35,140 nt of DNA from Escherichia coli (lineage in GTDB: Bacteria; Pseudomonadota; Gammaproteobacteria; Enterobacterales; Enterobacteriaceae), in NCBI RefSeq assembly GCF_003334405.1, contig NZ_QOWM01000027.1; one strand, 5' to 3'. The notes under the pieces are model-generated. The model was not told the origin of the DNA. It worked only from the letters and a program-made list of their open reading frames with translations, and made no database searches. Position numbers and translations under genes: made by a program. Positions 26,692 to 35,140 of the stretch are shown in pieces (positions within the stretch are counted from its first letter, which is position 1; every line of letters begins with the position of its first letter).

Positions 26692-28278
26692 ATGGCACAT
26701 CCACCACGGCTTAATGACGACAAACCGGTTATCTGGACGGTATCTGTAACGCGCCTGTTCGAGCTGTTTCGCGATATCAGCCTCGAGTTTGATCACCTGG
26801 CGAACATTACCCCTATTCAGCTTGGCTTTGAAAAAGCAGTGACCTACATCCGCAAGAAACTGGCAAACGAACGCTGTGACGCCATCATCGCGGCTGGCTC
26901 TAACGGCGCGTACCTGAAAAGCCGCCTGTCAGTGCCAGTTATTTTGATTAAACCGAGCGGCTACGATGTGTTACAGGCACTGGCAAAAGCCGGAAAACTC
27001 ACCTCTTCTATCGGCGTTGTCACCTATCAGGAAACCATTCCAGCGCTGGTGGCGTTTCAAAAAACCTTTAATTTGCGCCTCGACCAACGTAGCTACATTA
27101 CCGAGGAAGACGCACGCGGGCAGATTAACGAGCTAAAAGCTAACGGCACCGAAGCGGTGGTCGGCGCAGGGCTGATTACCGATTTGGCAGAAGAAGCCGG
27201 AATGACCGGAATTTTTATCTATTCCGCCGCCACCGTGCGCCAGGCGTTCAGCGATGCGCTGGATATGACGCGCATGTCGTTACGCCATAACACTCACGAT
27301 GCCACCCGCAACGCCCTGCGTACTCGTTACGTGCTGGGCGATATGCTCGGTCAATCACCACAGATGGAACAAGTACGGCAGACTATTTTGCTGTATGCCC
27401 GCTCCAGTGCGGCGGTGTTGATTGAGGGGGAAACGGGGACGGGCAAAGAGCTGGCGGCCCAGGCGATTCATCGGGAATATTTTGCCCGCCACGATGCGCG
27501 ACAGGGCAAAAAGTCGCATCCGTTTGTTGCCGTCAACTGCGGGGCGATTGCCGAATCGCTGCTGGAAGCAGAACTGTTTGGCTATGAGGAAGGGGCGTTT
27601 ACCGGCTCGCGACGCGGAGGTCGCGCCGGGCTGTTCGAAATTGCCCACGGCGGTACGCTGTTTCTGGATGAGATTGGCGAAATGCCGCTACCTTTGCAGA
27701 CCCGGCTGCTGCGGGTGCTGGAAGAAAAAGAGGTCACCCGCGTCGGCGGGCATCAGCCTGTTCCGGTAGATGTACGGGTCATTAGCGCCACTCACTGCAA
27801 TCTGGAAGAAGATATGCAGCAAGGACGTTTTCGCCGTGATCTGTTTTATCGGCTGAGTATTTTGCGTCTGCAATTGCCACCACTGCGCGAGCGGGTGGCG
27901 GATATTCTTCCGCTGGCGGAAAGCTTTTTGAAAGTGTCTCTGGCGGCGCTCTCCGCCCCATTTTCTGCTGCATTACGCCAGGGGTTACAGGCAAGTGAAA
28001 CTGTGCTGCTGCACTACGACTGGCCAGGCAATATTCGTGAACTGCGCAATATGATGGAACGACTGGCGCTGTTTTTAAGTGTGGAACCGACGCCGGATTT
28101 AACGCCGCAGTTTATGCAACTGCTACTGCCGGAACTGGCGCGCGAGTCGGCGAAAACTCCCGCTCCACGCTTACTGACACCACAACAGGCACTGGAGAAA
28201 TTTAATGGCGATAAAACAGCAGCGGCGAATTATTTAGGCATCAGCCGGACGACGTTCTGGCGGCGGCTGAAAAGCTGA
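26692..28278 (+). CDS. prpR: Sigma54-dependent transcriptional activator of the prp operon
   Basis: 528-aa protein [33 protein letters not shown]... with AAA+ Walker [15 protein letters not shown] sigma54-contact motif and C-terminal HTH; ORF-track entry starts 4 codons upstream at a TTG. Confidence 0.92.
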   Translation: MAHPPRLNDDKPVIWTVSVTRLFELFRDISLEFDHLANITPIQLGFEKAVTYIRKKLANERCDAIIAAGSNGAYLKSRLSVPVILIKPSGYDVLQALAKAGKLTSSIGVVTYQETIPALVAFQKTFNLRLDQRSYITEEDARGQINELKANGTEAVVGAGLITDLAEEAGMTGIFIYSAATVRQAFSDALDMTRMSLRHNTHDATRNALRTRYVLGDMLGQSPQMEQVRQTILLYARSSAAVLIEGETGTGKELAAQAIHREYFARHDARQGKKSHPFVAVNCGAIAESLLEAELFGYEEGAFTGSRRGGRAGLFEIAHGGTLFLDEIGEMPLPLQTRLLRVLEEKEVTRVGGHQPVPVDVRVISATHCNLEEDMQQGRFRRDLFYRLSILRLQLPPLRERVADILPLAESFLKVSLAALSAPFSAALRQGLQASETVLLHYDWPGNIRELRNMMERLALFLSVEPTPDLTPQFMQLLLPELARESAKTPAPRLLTPQQALEKFNGDKTAAANYLGISRTTFWRRLKS

Positions 28279-28280
28279 AC

Positions 28281-28313
28281 TGCCGAATGCAGCGCGAACG
28301 CTTTATCCGGCAT
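28281..28313. repeat. Single REP-like unit between convergent prpR and yahO
   Basis: tgccgaatgcagcgcgaacgctttatccggcat, palindromic and REP-like. Confidence 0.5.
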
Positions 28314-28375
28314 AAATTTCAATAGATGATCACCGATAAACTTACGCATCGGAGATGTTTACATAGGATTCAGAA

Positions 28376-28651
28376 TTACTTCTTCTTATAAATATTTGCC
28401 GTGCCGTGGATCTTATTGTCAGTTTGACCGGAGGTCAGTACCAACACATCAGCCCCTTTTTCATCCGCTTTTTTGATCAAATCTTCTTTTGCATCTGCAG
28501 TCGACATTTCATTGCTGGTTGAAATATCACCTATTTTTTCATACTGCGATTCAACTTTTTCAAATTCCGCTTTGGTCATCAATTCAGCGGCATAGACATT
28601 GGTAACGGCTAACGCTAACGCACCGACTAACATTTTAGAGATTATTTTCAT
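28376..28651 (-). CDS. yahO: Small periplasmic protein, DUF1471 (YdgH/BhsA/McbA-like) family
   Basis: 91-aa [42 protein letters not shown]... with a signal peptide ending VYA-AE. Confidence 0.85.
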   Translation of the reverse strand: MKIISKMLVGALALAVTNVYAAELMTKAEFEKVESQYEKIGDISTSNEMSTADAKEDLIKKADEKGADVLVLTSGQTDNKIHGTANIYKKK

Positions 28652-28797
28652 ATTACGGCTCCAGAGTTGTTATCACACTATCACCCACCCACATTATTGG
28701 GTTGATTAATAATTAGTTCAGTCAGGGCATAAACGCCAGTAACCGGAAATAAGACACTTTGTGATCTCTCTCGTACCCGATTATTTTTGGTAGAAAT

Positions 28798-29469
28798 ATG
28801 ATGCAGTTAGTTCACTTATTTATGGATGAAATCACTATGGATCCTTTGCATGCCGTTTACCTGACCGTAGGACTGTTCGTGATTACTTTTTTTAATCCGG
28901 GAGCCAATCTCTTTGTGGTAGTACAAACCAGCCTGGCTTCCGGTCGACGCGCAGGGGTGCTGACCGGGCTGGGCGTGGCGCTGGGCGATGCATTTTATTC
29001 CGGGTTGGGTTTGTTTGGTCTTGCAACGCTAATTACGCAGTGTGAGGAGATTTTTTCGCTTATCAGAATCGTCGGCGGCGCTTATCTCTTATGGTTTGCG
29101 TGGTGCAGCATGCGCCGCCAGTCAACACCGCAAATGAGCACACTACAACAACCGATTAGCGCCCCCTGGTATGTCTTTTTTCGCCGCGGATTAATTACCG
29201 ATCTCTCTAACCCGCAAACCGTTTTATTTTTTATCAGTATTTTCTCAGTAACATTAAATGCCGAAACACCAACATGGGCACGTTTAATGGCCTGGGCGGG
29301 GATTGTGCTCGCATCAATTATCTGGCGAGTTTTTCTTAGTCAGGCGTTTTCTTTGCCCGCTGTGCGTCGTGCTTATGGGCGTATGCAACGCGTTGCCAGT
29401 CGGGTTATTGGTGCAATTATTGGTGTATTCGCGCTACGCCTGATTTACGAAGGGGTGACGCAGCGGTGA
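28798..29469 (+). CDS. yahN: LysE/RhtB-family amino-acid exporter homologue
   Basis: 223-aa hydrophobic ORF MMQLVHLFMDEITMDPLHAVYLTVGLFVITFFNPGANLFVVVQTSLASGRRAG... Confidence 0.85.
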   Translation: MMQLVHLFMDEITMDPLHAVYLTVGLFVITFFNPGANLFVVVQTSLASGRRAGVLTGLGVALGDAFYSGLGLFGLATLITQCEEIFSLIRIVGGAYLLWFAWCSMRRQSTPQMSTLQQPISAPWYVFFRRGLITDLSNPQTVLFFISIFSVTLNAETPTWARLMAWAGIVLASIIWRVFLSQAFSLPAVRRAYGRMQRVASRVIGAIIGVFALRLIYEGVTQR

Positions 29470-29485
29470 GCAGATAATTTACTCT

Positions 29486-29731
29486 CTACGTAATCAACCT
29501 GATTTGCCGAATCACGGCCATCGGCGATGATAGCCCCCGTAATGCGTGGTCCTTATTTCCGATAAGTTTACTTGAGTCTTTAGCTTCCCATTTCAGCCCA
29601 CTCTCCCCTGTGTGGGCTTTTTTCATTGGTCTGCCCCATCCTGAATAGCCAAACAATGGCAATGTTCCACTTTGCAGGGATGATAATAAGGGGATCTGAT
29701 TCAGAAGAGTTTTGAAAAGTTGGACCGCCAT
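29486..29731 (-). CDS. yahM: Small protein of unknown function
   Basis: 81-aa ORF from ATG 29731 (MAVQLFKTLLNQIPLLSSLQSGTLPLFGYSGWGRPMKKAHTG...); the ORF-track entry is 10 codons longer. Coding status is uncertain: a + strand terminator hairpin lies inside it. Confidence 0.5.
   Translation of the reverse strand: MAVQLFKTLLNQIPLLSSLQSGTLPLFGYSGWGRPMKKAHTGESGLKWEAKDSSKLIGNKDHALRGLSSPMAVIRQIRLIT
29595..29623 (+). terminator. Rho-independent terminator candidate (likely for yahN)
   Basis: agcccac-tctcccctgt-gtgggct followed by TTTTTT: GC-rich 6-7-bp stem plus T-run; ~125 bp downstream of the yahN stop. Confidence 0.55.
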
Positions 29732-30143
29732 CGAGGCCTCGAACCCCGTACCATACAACAATCCTGGTTGTCGTCTGCTCTTCCTGATGAGCTAATGGCG
29801 GTTTTTGATATGAGCCTTACAGCATATTTTCTGTCAGGCTTGAGTGCGATGCGTAAGATACAGAAAAGACCCCACACAAACATGATGGAATTATGATTTT
29901 TTTCATATGAATGTCAACCAACACATTCACAAAACATCTGCATGAGATCATTTTTTATACACCGCATGGCTGCGAAACCACTACTGGTGCTTTTTTAAGC
30001 GAAGTGTCGCCGATCACAACAAAATATCGGCGAAAAAAGAGATGGAATGCCAGTTGGCATACAGATATACAGATGAAATGATTACCTGCATTGCGATTCA
30101 CTCTCAGGTGGAATAACAACTTGCAGGTGGAACCCTTTCTGAA

Positions 30144-30959
30144 CTAAAGAGTGTAGCGGATTTTAACGTGCTTATTTACAGGATAATATCTGTCACCTAA
30201 TTCCTGCACTCTATTAGATATCCATTCATTTAATCGCGCATCATCTCTGTATGTTTTTACGTCCAGAACAGAGAGCAATAACATCACCAGTGATTCAGGA
30301 AAAACAGGGTAGATATTTTTTAAGTGTAATAATAATCCATGCGCAAGCGCCTGCTTAATGGGCGCGTCTGTCTCCGGAATAGACGACATTTCGCGAAGCC
30401 ATTTTTCCACATGCATACACTCTTTCCCTTTAGGGAAAATTCTCAGCAAAGGCATATGGTATTCAAGAAGAATACATTTGCAATCTGTTCGCACTGAATC
30501 GATAAACTGCACTAATTTCTTAAGCCCGGTAAAGCGTCCAGCCTGCACGTTTGCTTTAATATCAAGAAACGCATCATCCTGGTCATATACCCAAACTGTC
30601 CCTTTTTGATTTTCAAGTATGTGAAAAACAAACTTAACCGGGTGATCAGGGTAATCCATCCAGTCATAAAATCCAGGGAAATCATTAAACTGCACATTTA
30701 TGGTGAGTGCGTTATCGTCTGACCACTCACAGTCTCGTACGGCAGCCATGAGATGAATGAGTTTGTCGTCATCGACTAAATCATCACGACAATCATAAGG
30801 ATAATCATAATATTGTTTAATCAAAACCTTGAATATATCGACACAGGAAACCAGGGAGCTTTTGATATCCTCTGGTAACTGATTGTTTTTAACCGTATTA
30901 AGTATGCTTTGTTGCGTATATGGCATCAAATTATTGTGCGGAGCTTTTAATGATATCAT
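30144..30959 (-). CDS. yahL: Protein of unknown function
   Basis: 271-aa ORF MISLKAPHNNLMPYTQQSILNTVKNNQLPEDIKSSLVSCVDIFKVLIKQYYDYPYDCRDD...; AT-rich coding region; no recognisable catalytic motif. Confidence 0.8.
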   Translation of the reverse strand: MISLKAPHNNLMPYTQQSILNTVKNNQLPEDIKSSLVSCVDIFKVLIKQYYDYPYDCRDDLVDDDKLIHLMAAVRDCEWSDDNALTINVQFNDFPGFYDWMDYPDHPVKFVFHILENQKGTVWVYDQDDAFLDIKANVQAGRFTGLKKLVQFIDSVRTDCKCILLEYHMPLLRIFPKGKECMHVEKWLREMSSIPETDAPIKQALAHGLLLHLKNIYPVFPESLVMLLLSVLDVKTYRDDARLNEWISNRVQELGDRYYPVNKHVKIRYTL

Positions 30960-31126
30960 CGCGATCTCTCTTAAATAAAAATAAACGTCGCAGATAATAA
31001 AGCTCTGATTAAACCAGGCACTATCAGAAATCGCTCATAACTAACGTGTGAAGTATTGTGTACTGGAGGGCGTTAATTTAACAATTTAAATTTACGTTAT
31101 AGGTTTTACTGCTACTTTGATATTAT

Positions 31127-31164
31127 TTCGCTCTCCTTAACTAAAAAGTTAAGTGGAGAGCGAA
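31127..31164. other. Strong imperfect inverted repeat (hairpin) between yahK 3' end and yahL 5' end
   Basis: ttcgctctccttaact-aaaaa-gttaagtggagagcgaa: 10-bp perfect stem plus a further 5 bp; flanks are not clearly U-rich on either strand. Confidence 0.45.
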
Positions 31165-31201
31165 GTTAATATGTTAAACCACAGGGTATTTATTAATTTT
31201 T

Positions 31202-32251
31202 TCAGTCTGTTAGTGTGCGATTATCGATAACAAAACGATATTTCACATCACCGCGCAGCATTCGCTCATAGGCTTCATTAATTTGATCGGCCCGAATCAT
31301 CTCTATATCAGCCACGATGCCATGTTCGGCGCAAAAATCGAGCATCTCCTGAGTTTCTGGAATGCCGCCAATCATAGAACCGGCTATCGCACGGCGTTTC
31401 ATGATCAGGTTGAAAACTTCCGGCGATTTATGCGGTGTCGCAGGCGCACCAACCAGCGTCATGGTGCCATCACGCTTCAGCAAGGTGGTAAAATCGTCGA
31501 GATTATGTGGCGCAGCTACTGTATTCAAAATGAAATCGAAACTCTTCAGATGAGCCGCCATCTCATCGGCATTGCGTGAGTTAACAACTTCATCGGCCCC
31601 CAGGGCTTTTGCCGCTTCGCGTTTTGCCTCAGAAGTGGTAAATGCCACCACATGTGCCCCCATCGCGTGGGCCAGCTTAATCCCCATATGTCCCAGACCG
31701 CCGATGCCGACCACGCCCACTTTTTTACCCGGCCCGGCCTGCCAGTGACGTAGCGGCGAATACGTGGTGATCCCTGCACACAACAAAGGAGCCACCGCCG
31801 CCAGCTGCTCTTGCGGGTGACGAATACGCAGAACATATCGCTCATGAACGACGATCTGTTGTGAGTAGCCGCCCAGAGTATGGCCCGGTTCGTCCGGCGT
31901 CGGCGAGTTATAGGTGCCGGTCATGTGATCACAGTAGTTTTCCAACCCGTCTTCACACTCTTCGCAATGTTTACAACTGTCGACAATGCAGCCGACACCG
32001 ACCAGATCGCCCGGCGCATATTTTTCTACCTGATCACCAACGGCTACCACACGCCCCACAATTTCATGACCCGGCACGCAGGGGTAAACCGTCCCCGCCC
32101 ACTCGGAACGGACCTGGTGGAGATCGGAATGGCAAACGCCACAGTAAGCGATTTCGATTTTGACATCATTCGGTCCCGGTTCACGCCGGGTGATATCCAT
32201 CGGTTCAAGTGGTTGTTTAGCGGAATATGCACCAACAGCTTTGATCTTCAT
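31202..32251 (-). CDS. yahK: NADPH-dependent aldehyde reductase (Zn-dependent alcohol dehydrogenase family)
   Basis: 349-aa ORF MKIKAVGAYSAKQPLEPMDITRREPGPNDVKIEIAYCGVCHSDLHQVRSEWAGTVYPCVPGHEIVGRVVAVG... with zinc-ADH GHE and CxxCxxC motifs. Confidence 0.9.
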   Translation of the reverse strand: MKIKAVGAYSAKQPLEPMDITRREPGPNDVKIEIAYCGVCHSDLHQVRSEWAGTVYPCVPGHEIVGRVVAVGDQVEKYAPGDLVGVGCIVDSCKHCEECEDGLENYCDHMTGTYNSPTPDEPGHTLGGYSQQIVVHERYVLRIRHPQEQLAAVAPLLCAGITTYSPLRHWQAGPGKKVGVVGIGGLGHMGIKLAHAMGAHVVAFTTSEAKREAAKALGADEVVNSRNADEMAAHLKSFDFILNTVAAPHNLDDFTTLLKRDGTMTLVGAPATPHKSPEVFNLIMKRRAIAGSMIGGIPETQEMLDFCAEHGIVADIEMIRADQINEAYERMLRGDVKYRFVIDNRTLTD

Positions 32252-32627
32252 TGTGTTTACTCCTGATTAGCTATGTGTATTTGGCAACGCCTGATATGTC
32301 ATCGCGGCAAAACGCGTCCATTGAATATAGCCAATATTTAAACCACCCGATCCAGCCCCAACATGCCGCGAGCCTGAATGAAACAGAGCAGCAACGTTCC
32401 CCATAAGGCGAGCGCCTGTAAGTGTGATATTTGCTATCTGTAAAAGACTAAAATCGGCAAAACTGATGATCTTTTCACGTAGACAAATAGTTATCTACAC
32501 AACGTCAATAAGGGCATATTCCTCAAAGATAATGTCCATTTCTGCCGACACACTCATATTCAGATTGCCCCACTCCCTGGGGCTTAAATCTCTTACTATT
32601 CACCGTTGCAGGCGTTTCAAATGCGCA

Positions 32628-34010
32628 TCAACCTGCCACACTCCCCCACACCAGTTGCCCTTTATGGAACGTTGCGGTTCTCGGCGAGATACGCGCCACC
32701 GCCTCGGCGGAACAGGAGGCGTCCACCAGCACAAAGCTGGCGTCATCCTGCGCTTTTGGCCATACACGCTCGCCTTTTTCATTCAGCGGCAATACATCGC
32801 CAGTGGCTAAAAACAGCGAGCGGGAGAGGTTCTGTTCGTTAGGACGAATATAGAGCTGCGCGTACAGATTGGCTTTTTCCAGCATGTCGCCCAGACCATA
32901 AGGCGACCAGTGGTCGATAACGCTGTCAGTGCCAGTCATCACTTTTACGCCTTTGTCGTGCAACTGTTTGAGCGGCATATGCAGCGTGCCAATCGGCACC
33001 GTCGAGGCGATAGAAATTTGTTGCACCACCATCCGGTTCGCCAGTTCATCTACCTGTTGCTCGTTGAGCGTTGCCAGCGCAAAGGCGTGACTGATGGTCA
33101 GCTTGCCCTTCAGCTGTGGCGTTTTCTCTACCGTTTCAACCATATAATTGATGGCTGCCACGCCTGCCGGAGTGGTTTCGTGCAGGTGAATATCGACGCC
33201 TTTGTCGTAGTCCAGCGCAATCTGGAACATGGTGTCGAGGGATTTTTCCATCGCGCCATCAACACTGGTCGGGTCCAGGCCGCCGACGTAATGCGCCCCC
33301 GCCTGCATCGCTTCACGCATTAAAGGTTCAGATTTCGACAGCAGCAAACCGTGCTGCGGGAAGGCGACGATTTCACACTCAAAGCCCGCCTGACGTCGCG
33401 CCAGCACCGCCTGCAAATTTTGCAGATTTTTCAGGCCGGAAACCGGTTCGATATTGCAGTGGCTGCGGGCAATGGTGGTGCCTTTCGACTGCAATAAATC
33501 AATCAGTTTTTCTGCCCGCTCCTGAGTGTACGGTTGCAGTTCCGGCAGCATTTTCTGCTCGAGTTTGATCATGTCCTGGATGGTGGTGCCTGCCGGACGA
33601 TTGAGCGAGCGCCACGGCCCGCCGTAAAAGGTTTTGTCGAGATGAATATGCATGTCGCGGGTGGTGGGCAGCATCAGCTTACCGCCAGCGTCATAGTGCG
33701 GCAGCGTGGCGTCCGGATGCAGCTTGTTCTCGCGCAGGGCGACAATTTTGCCGTCCTGAATCTCCACGGTCTGGCGCGCCGTGCGGGTCTGCACCGCCAC
33801 GCCATTTTCGTAGTCAAAACCGGTTTCCAGCAGCACGTTATCGAGATAGTAATGCGGGTCAGTGATTTTCATGGTGTTGTTCGCTTCGCAGTTTAGGGTG
33901 CCAGCTACCGCCGCATGGGCGAGCGGCACAGAGGTACCAAACAGCGCGGCGGCGGTGACCATCTTACCGCTCTGGCTCAGAAATTCACGGCGGCTATTGC
34001 TTTCTTTCAT
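32628..34010 (-). CDS. yahJ: Amidohydrolase-family putative deaminase with a Tat signal peptide
   Basis: 460-aa ORF MKESNSRREFLSQSGKMVTAAALFGTSVPLAHAAVAG...: twin-arginine motif SRREFL, hydrophobic stretch, AxA cleavage site; metal-dependent amidohydrolase HxH-like motif (RDMHIHLD). Confidence 0.85.
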   Translation of the reverse strand: MKESNSRREFLSQSGKMVTAAALFGTSVPLAHAAVAGTLNCEANNTMKITDPHYYLDNVLLETGFDYENGVAVQTRTARQTVEIQDGKIVALRENKLHPDATLPHYDAGGKLMLPTTRDMHIHLDKTFYGGPWRSLNRPAGTTIQDMIKLEQKMLPELQPYTQERAEKLIDLLQSKGTTIARSHCNIEPVSGLKNLQNLQAVLARRQAGFECEIVAFPQHGLLLSKSEPLMREAMQAGAHYVGGLDPTSVDGAMEKSLDTMFQIALDYDKGVDIHLHETTPAGVAAINYMVETVEKTPQLKGKLTISHAFALATLNEQQVDELANRMVVQQISIASTVPIGTLHMPLKQLHDKGVKVMTGTDSVIDHWSPYGLGDMLEKANLYAQLYIRPNEQNLSRSLFLATGDVLPLNEKGERVWPKAQDDASFVLVDASCSAEAVARISPRTATFHKGQLVWGSVAG

Positions 34011-34019
34011 CTTACGTCC

Positions 34020-34970
34020 TTACGTTTTAATAATATGAGTGCCCGTTTCGCCGCGCAGCGCCGCAGGCAGGCATTCCGGCGTGGTGATAATCACTTCTTT
34101 GCCGCCTTGTTCTAAAAATGTCAGGCTGGCGATGATTTTTGGCAACATGCTGCCGGGCGGGAAATGCCCTTCCTGCATATAGCGGGTCATGGTGGCAATA
34201 TCCACCCGATCGAGCGCCTGCTGCTGCGGTTTGCCAAAGTGAATACACACTTTTTCGACGCCAGTGGTGATCACAAGAATGTCGGCGTGAATTTCACGGG
34301 CCAGCAGCGCGGTAGAGAGATCTTTGTCGATAACCGCGTCCACGCTTTGGTAATCTCCCGCGTCAGTACGCACTACCGGAATTCCACCGCCGCCCGCGCC
34401 AATTACGACAAAACCTTGTTGGATCAGCGCTTTAATGGCAGGTGCTTCGACAATACGTTTCGGTTCCGGCGAGGCGACCACGCGGCGATAGCCCCGCCCG
34501 GCATCTTCAACAAAACACCAGTCAGGGTTTGCCTTTTGTAATTCGTCACGCTGGCTGTCACTAAAGAATGCGCCGATGGGCTTGGTGGGATGGGCAAAAC
34601 CTGGATCGTTTTTATCCACTTCCACCTGAGTCACCACGGTGACGGCTTTCTTCTCGCCGTGACGCGCCAGCCGGTTATTCAGCGCCTGTTGGATCAGATA
34701 GCCGATGCCGCCCTGCGTATCTGCCACACAGTTCGCCAGCGGCGTTAAGGGCAGCCCTTCGCGCTTGTGGGCAATCTCCGCACGGCGTAAATCCAGCCCG
34801 ACCTGCGGCCCGTTGCCGTGGGTCAGCACAATGTCGTAATCGGAAGCCAGCATTTCCAGCACCGTATCGGCGACGGCTTTCACCGCCTCCGCCTGATGCT
34901 CAATCGACTGGCTGGCGTTATCTTTGATAATGCTGTTGCCACCAATGGCAACGACCACAAGCTCTTTCAT
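34020..34970 (-). CDS. yahI: Carbamate kinase-like protein
   Basis: 316-aa ORF MKELVVVAIGGNSIIKDNASQSIEHQAEAVKAVADTVLEMLASDYDIVLTHGNGPQVG..., amino-acid-kinase/carbamate-kinase family; 9-bp gap to yahJ suggests co-transcription. Confidence 0.88.
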   Translation of the reverse strand: MKELVVVAIGGNSIIKDNASQSIEHQAEAVKAVADTVLEMLASDYDIVLTHGNGPQVGLDLRRAEIAHKREGLPLTPLANCVADTQGGIGYLIQQALNNRLARHGEKKAVTVVTQVEVDKNDPGFAHPTKPIGAFFSDSQRDELQKANPDWCFVEDAGRGYRRVVASPEPKRIVEAPAIKALIQQGFVVIGAGGGGIPVVRTDAGDYQSVDAVIDKDLSTALLAREIHADILVITTGVEKVCIHFGKPQQQALDRVDIATMTRYMQEGHFPPGSMLPKIIASLTFLEQGGKEVIITTPECLPAALRGETGTHIIKT

Positions 34971-35020
34971 GTTGTTATGTCCGCTACAGAGGGTGATGGG
35001 GTTATGACCAACGCCAGACT

Positions 35021-35140
35021 GCCTGATGCGCTACGCTTATCAGGCCTACAATTCTCGCGCCACTCGTAGGCCGGATAAGGCGTTCACGCCGCATCCGGCA
35101 ATGGTGACAAATGCCTGATGCGCTACGCTTATCAGGCCTA
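35021..35140. repeat. REP elements upstream of yahI (run off the window end)
   Basis: gcctgatgcgctacgcttatcaggcctac ... gtaggccggataaggcgttcacgccgcatccggc ... gcctgatgcgctacgcttatcaggccta. Confidence 0.85.

Overview
Read on the reverse strand, this window is the classic E. coli K-12-type chromosomal segment around the lac operon, not an undescribed system. Gene order along the + strand is: REP array, mhpE-F-D-C-B-A (-), mhpR (+), lacI-lacZ-lacY-lacA (+), cynX-S-T (-), cynR (+), codA-codB (-), prpE-D-C-B (-), prpR (+), yahO (-), yahN (+), yahM-L-K-J-I (-), REP. Identification rests on the six-frame translations, which I recognise as these proteins (for example LacZ 1024 aa, LacY 417 aa, LacI from its GTG start), and on the canonical lac control region (CAP site, -35 TTTACA, -10 TATGTT, O1/O2/O3). 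I see no phage, IS element, integrase, CRISPR array, toxin-antitoxin or defence genes. What deserves a second look is local variation in a very well-known region: (1) prpE is split into two ORFs by an apparent 1-bp loss in a homopolymer; (2) a perfect 200-bp tandem repeat array at the cynR 3' end, with an apparently extra unit; (3) a G->A change at lac position -1, next to operator O1; (4) REP arrays whose copy number may differ from the reference at two further sites; (5) the poorly characterised yahI-yahJ pair and the AT-rich yahL/yahM islet. All comparisons with the reference are from memory and need an alignment to confirm. Several ORF-track entries are N-terminally over-extended; I give the start I believe is real.
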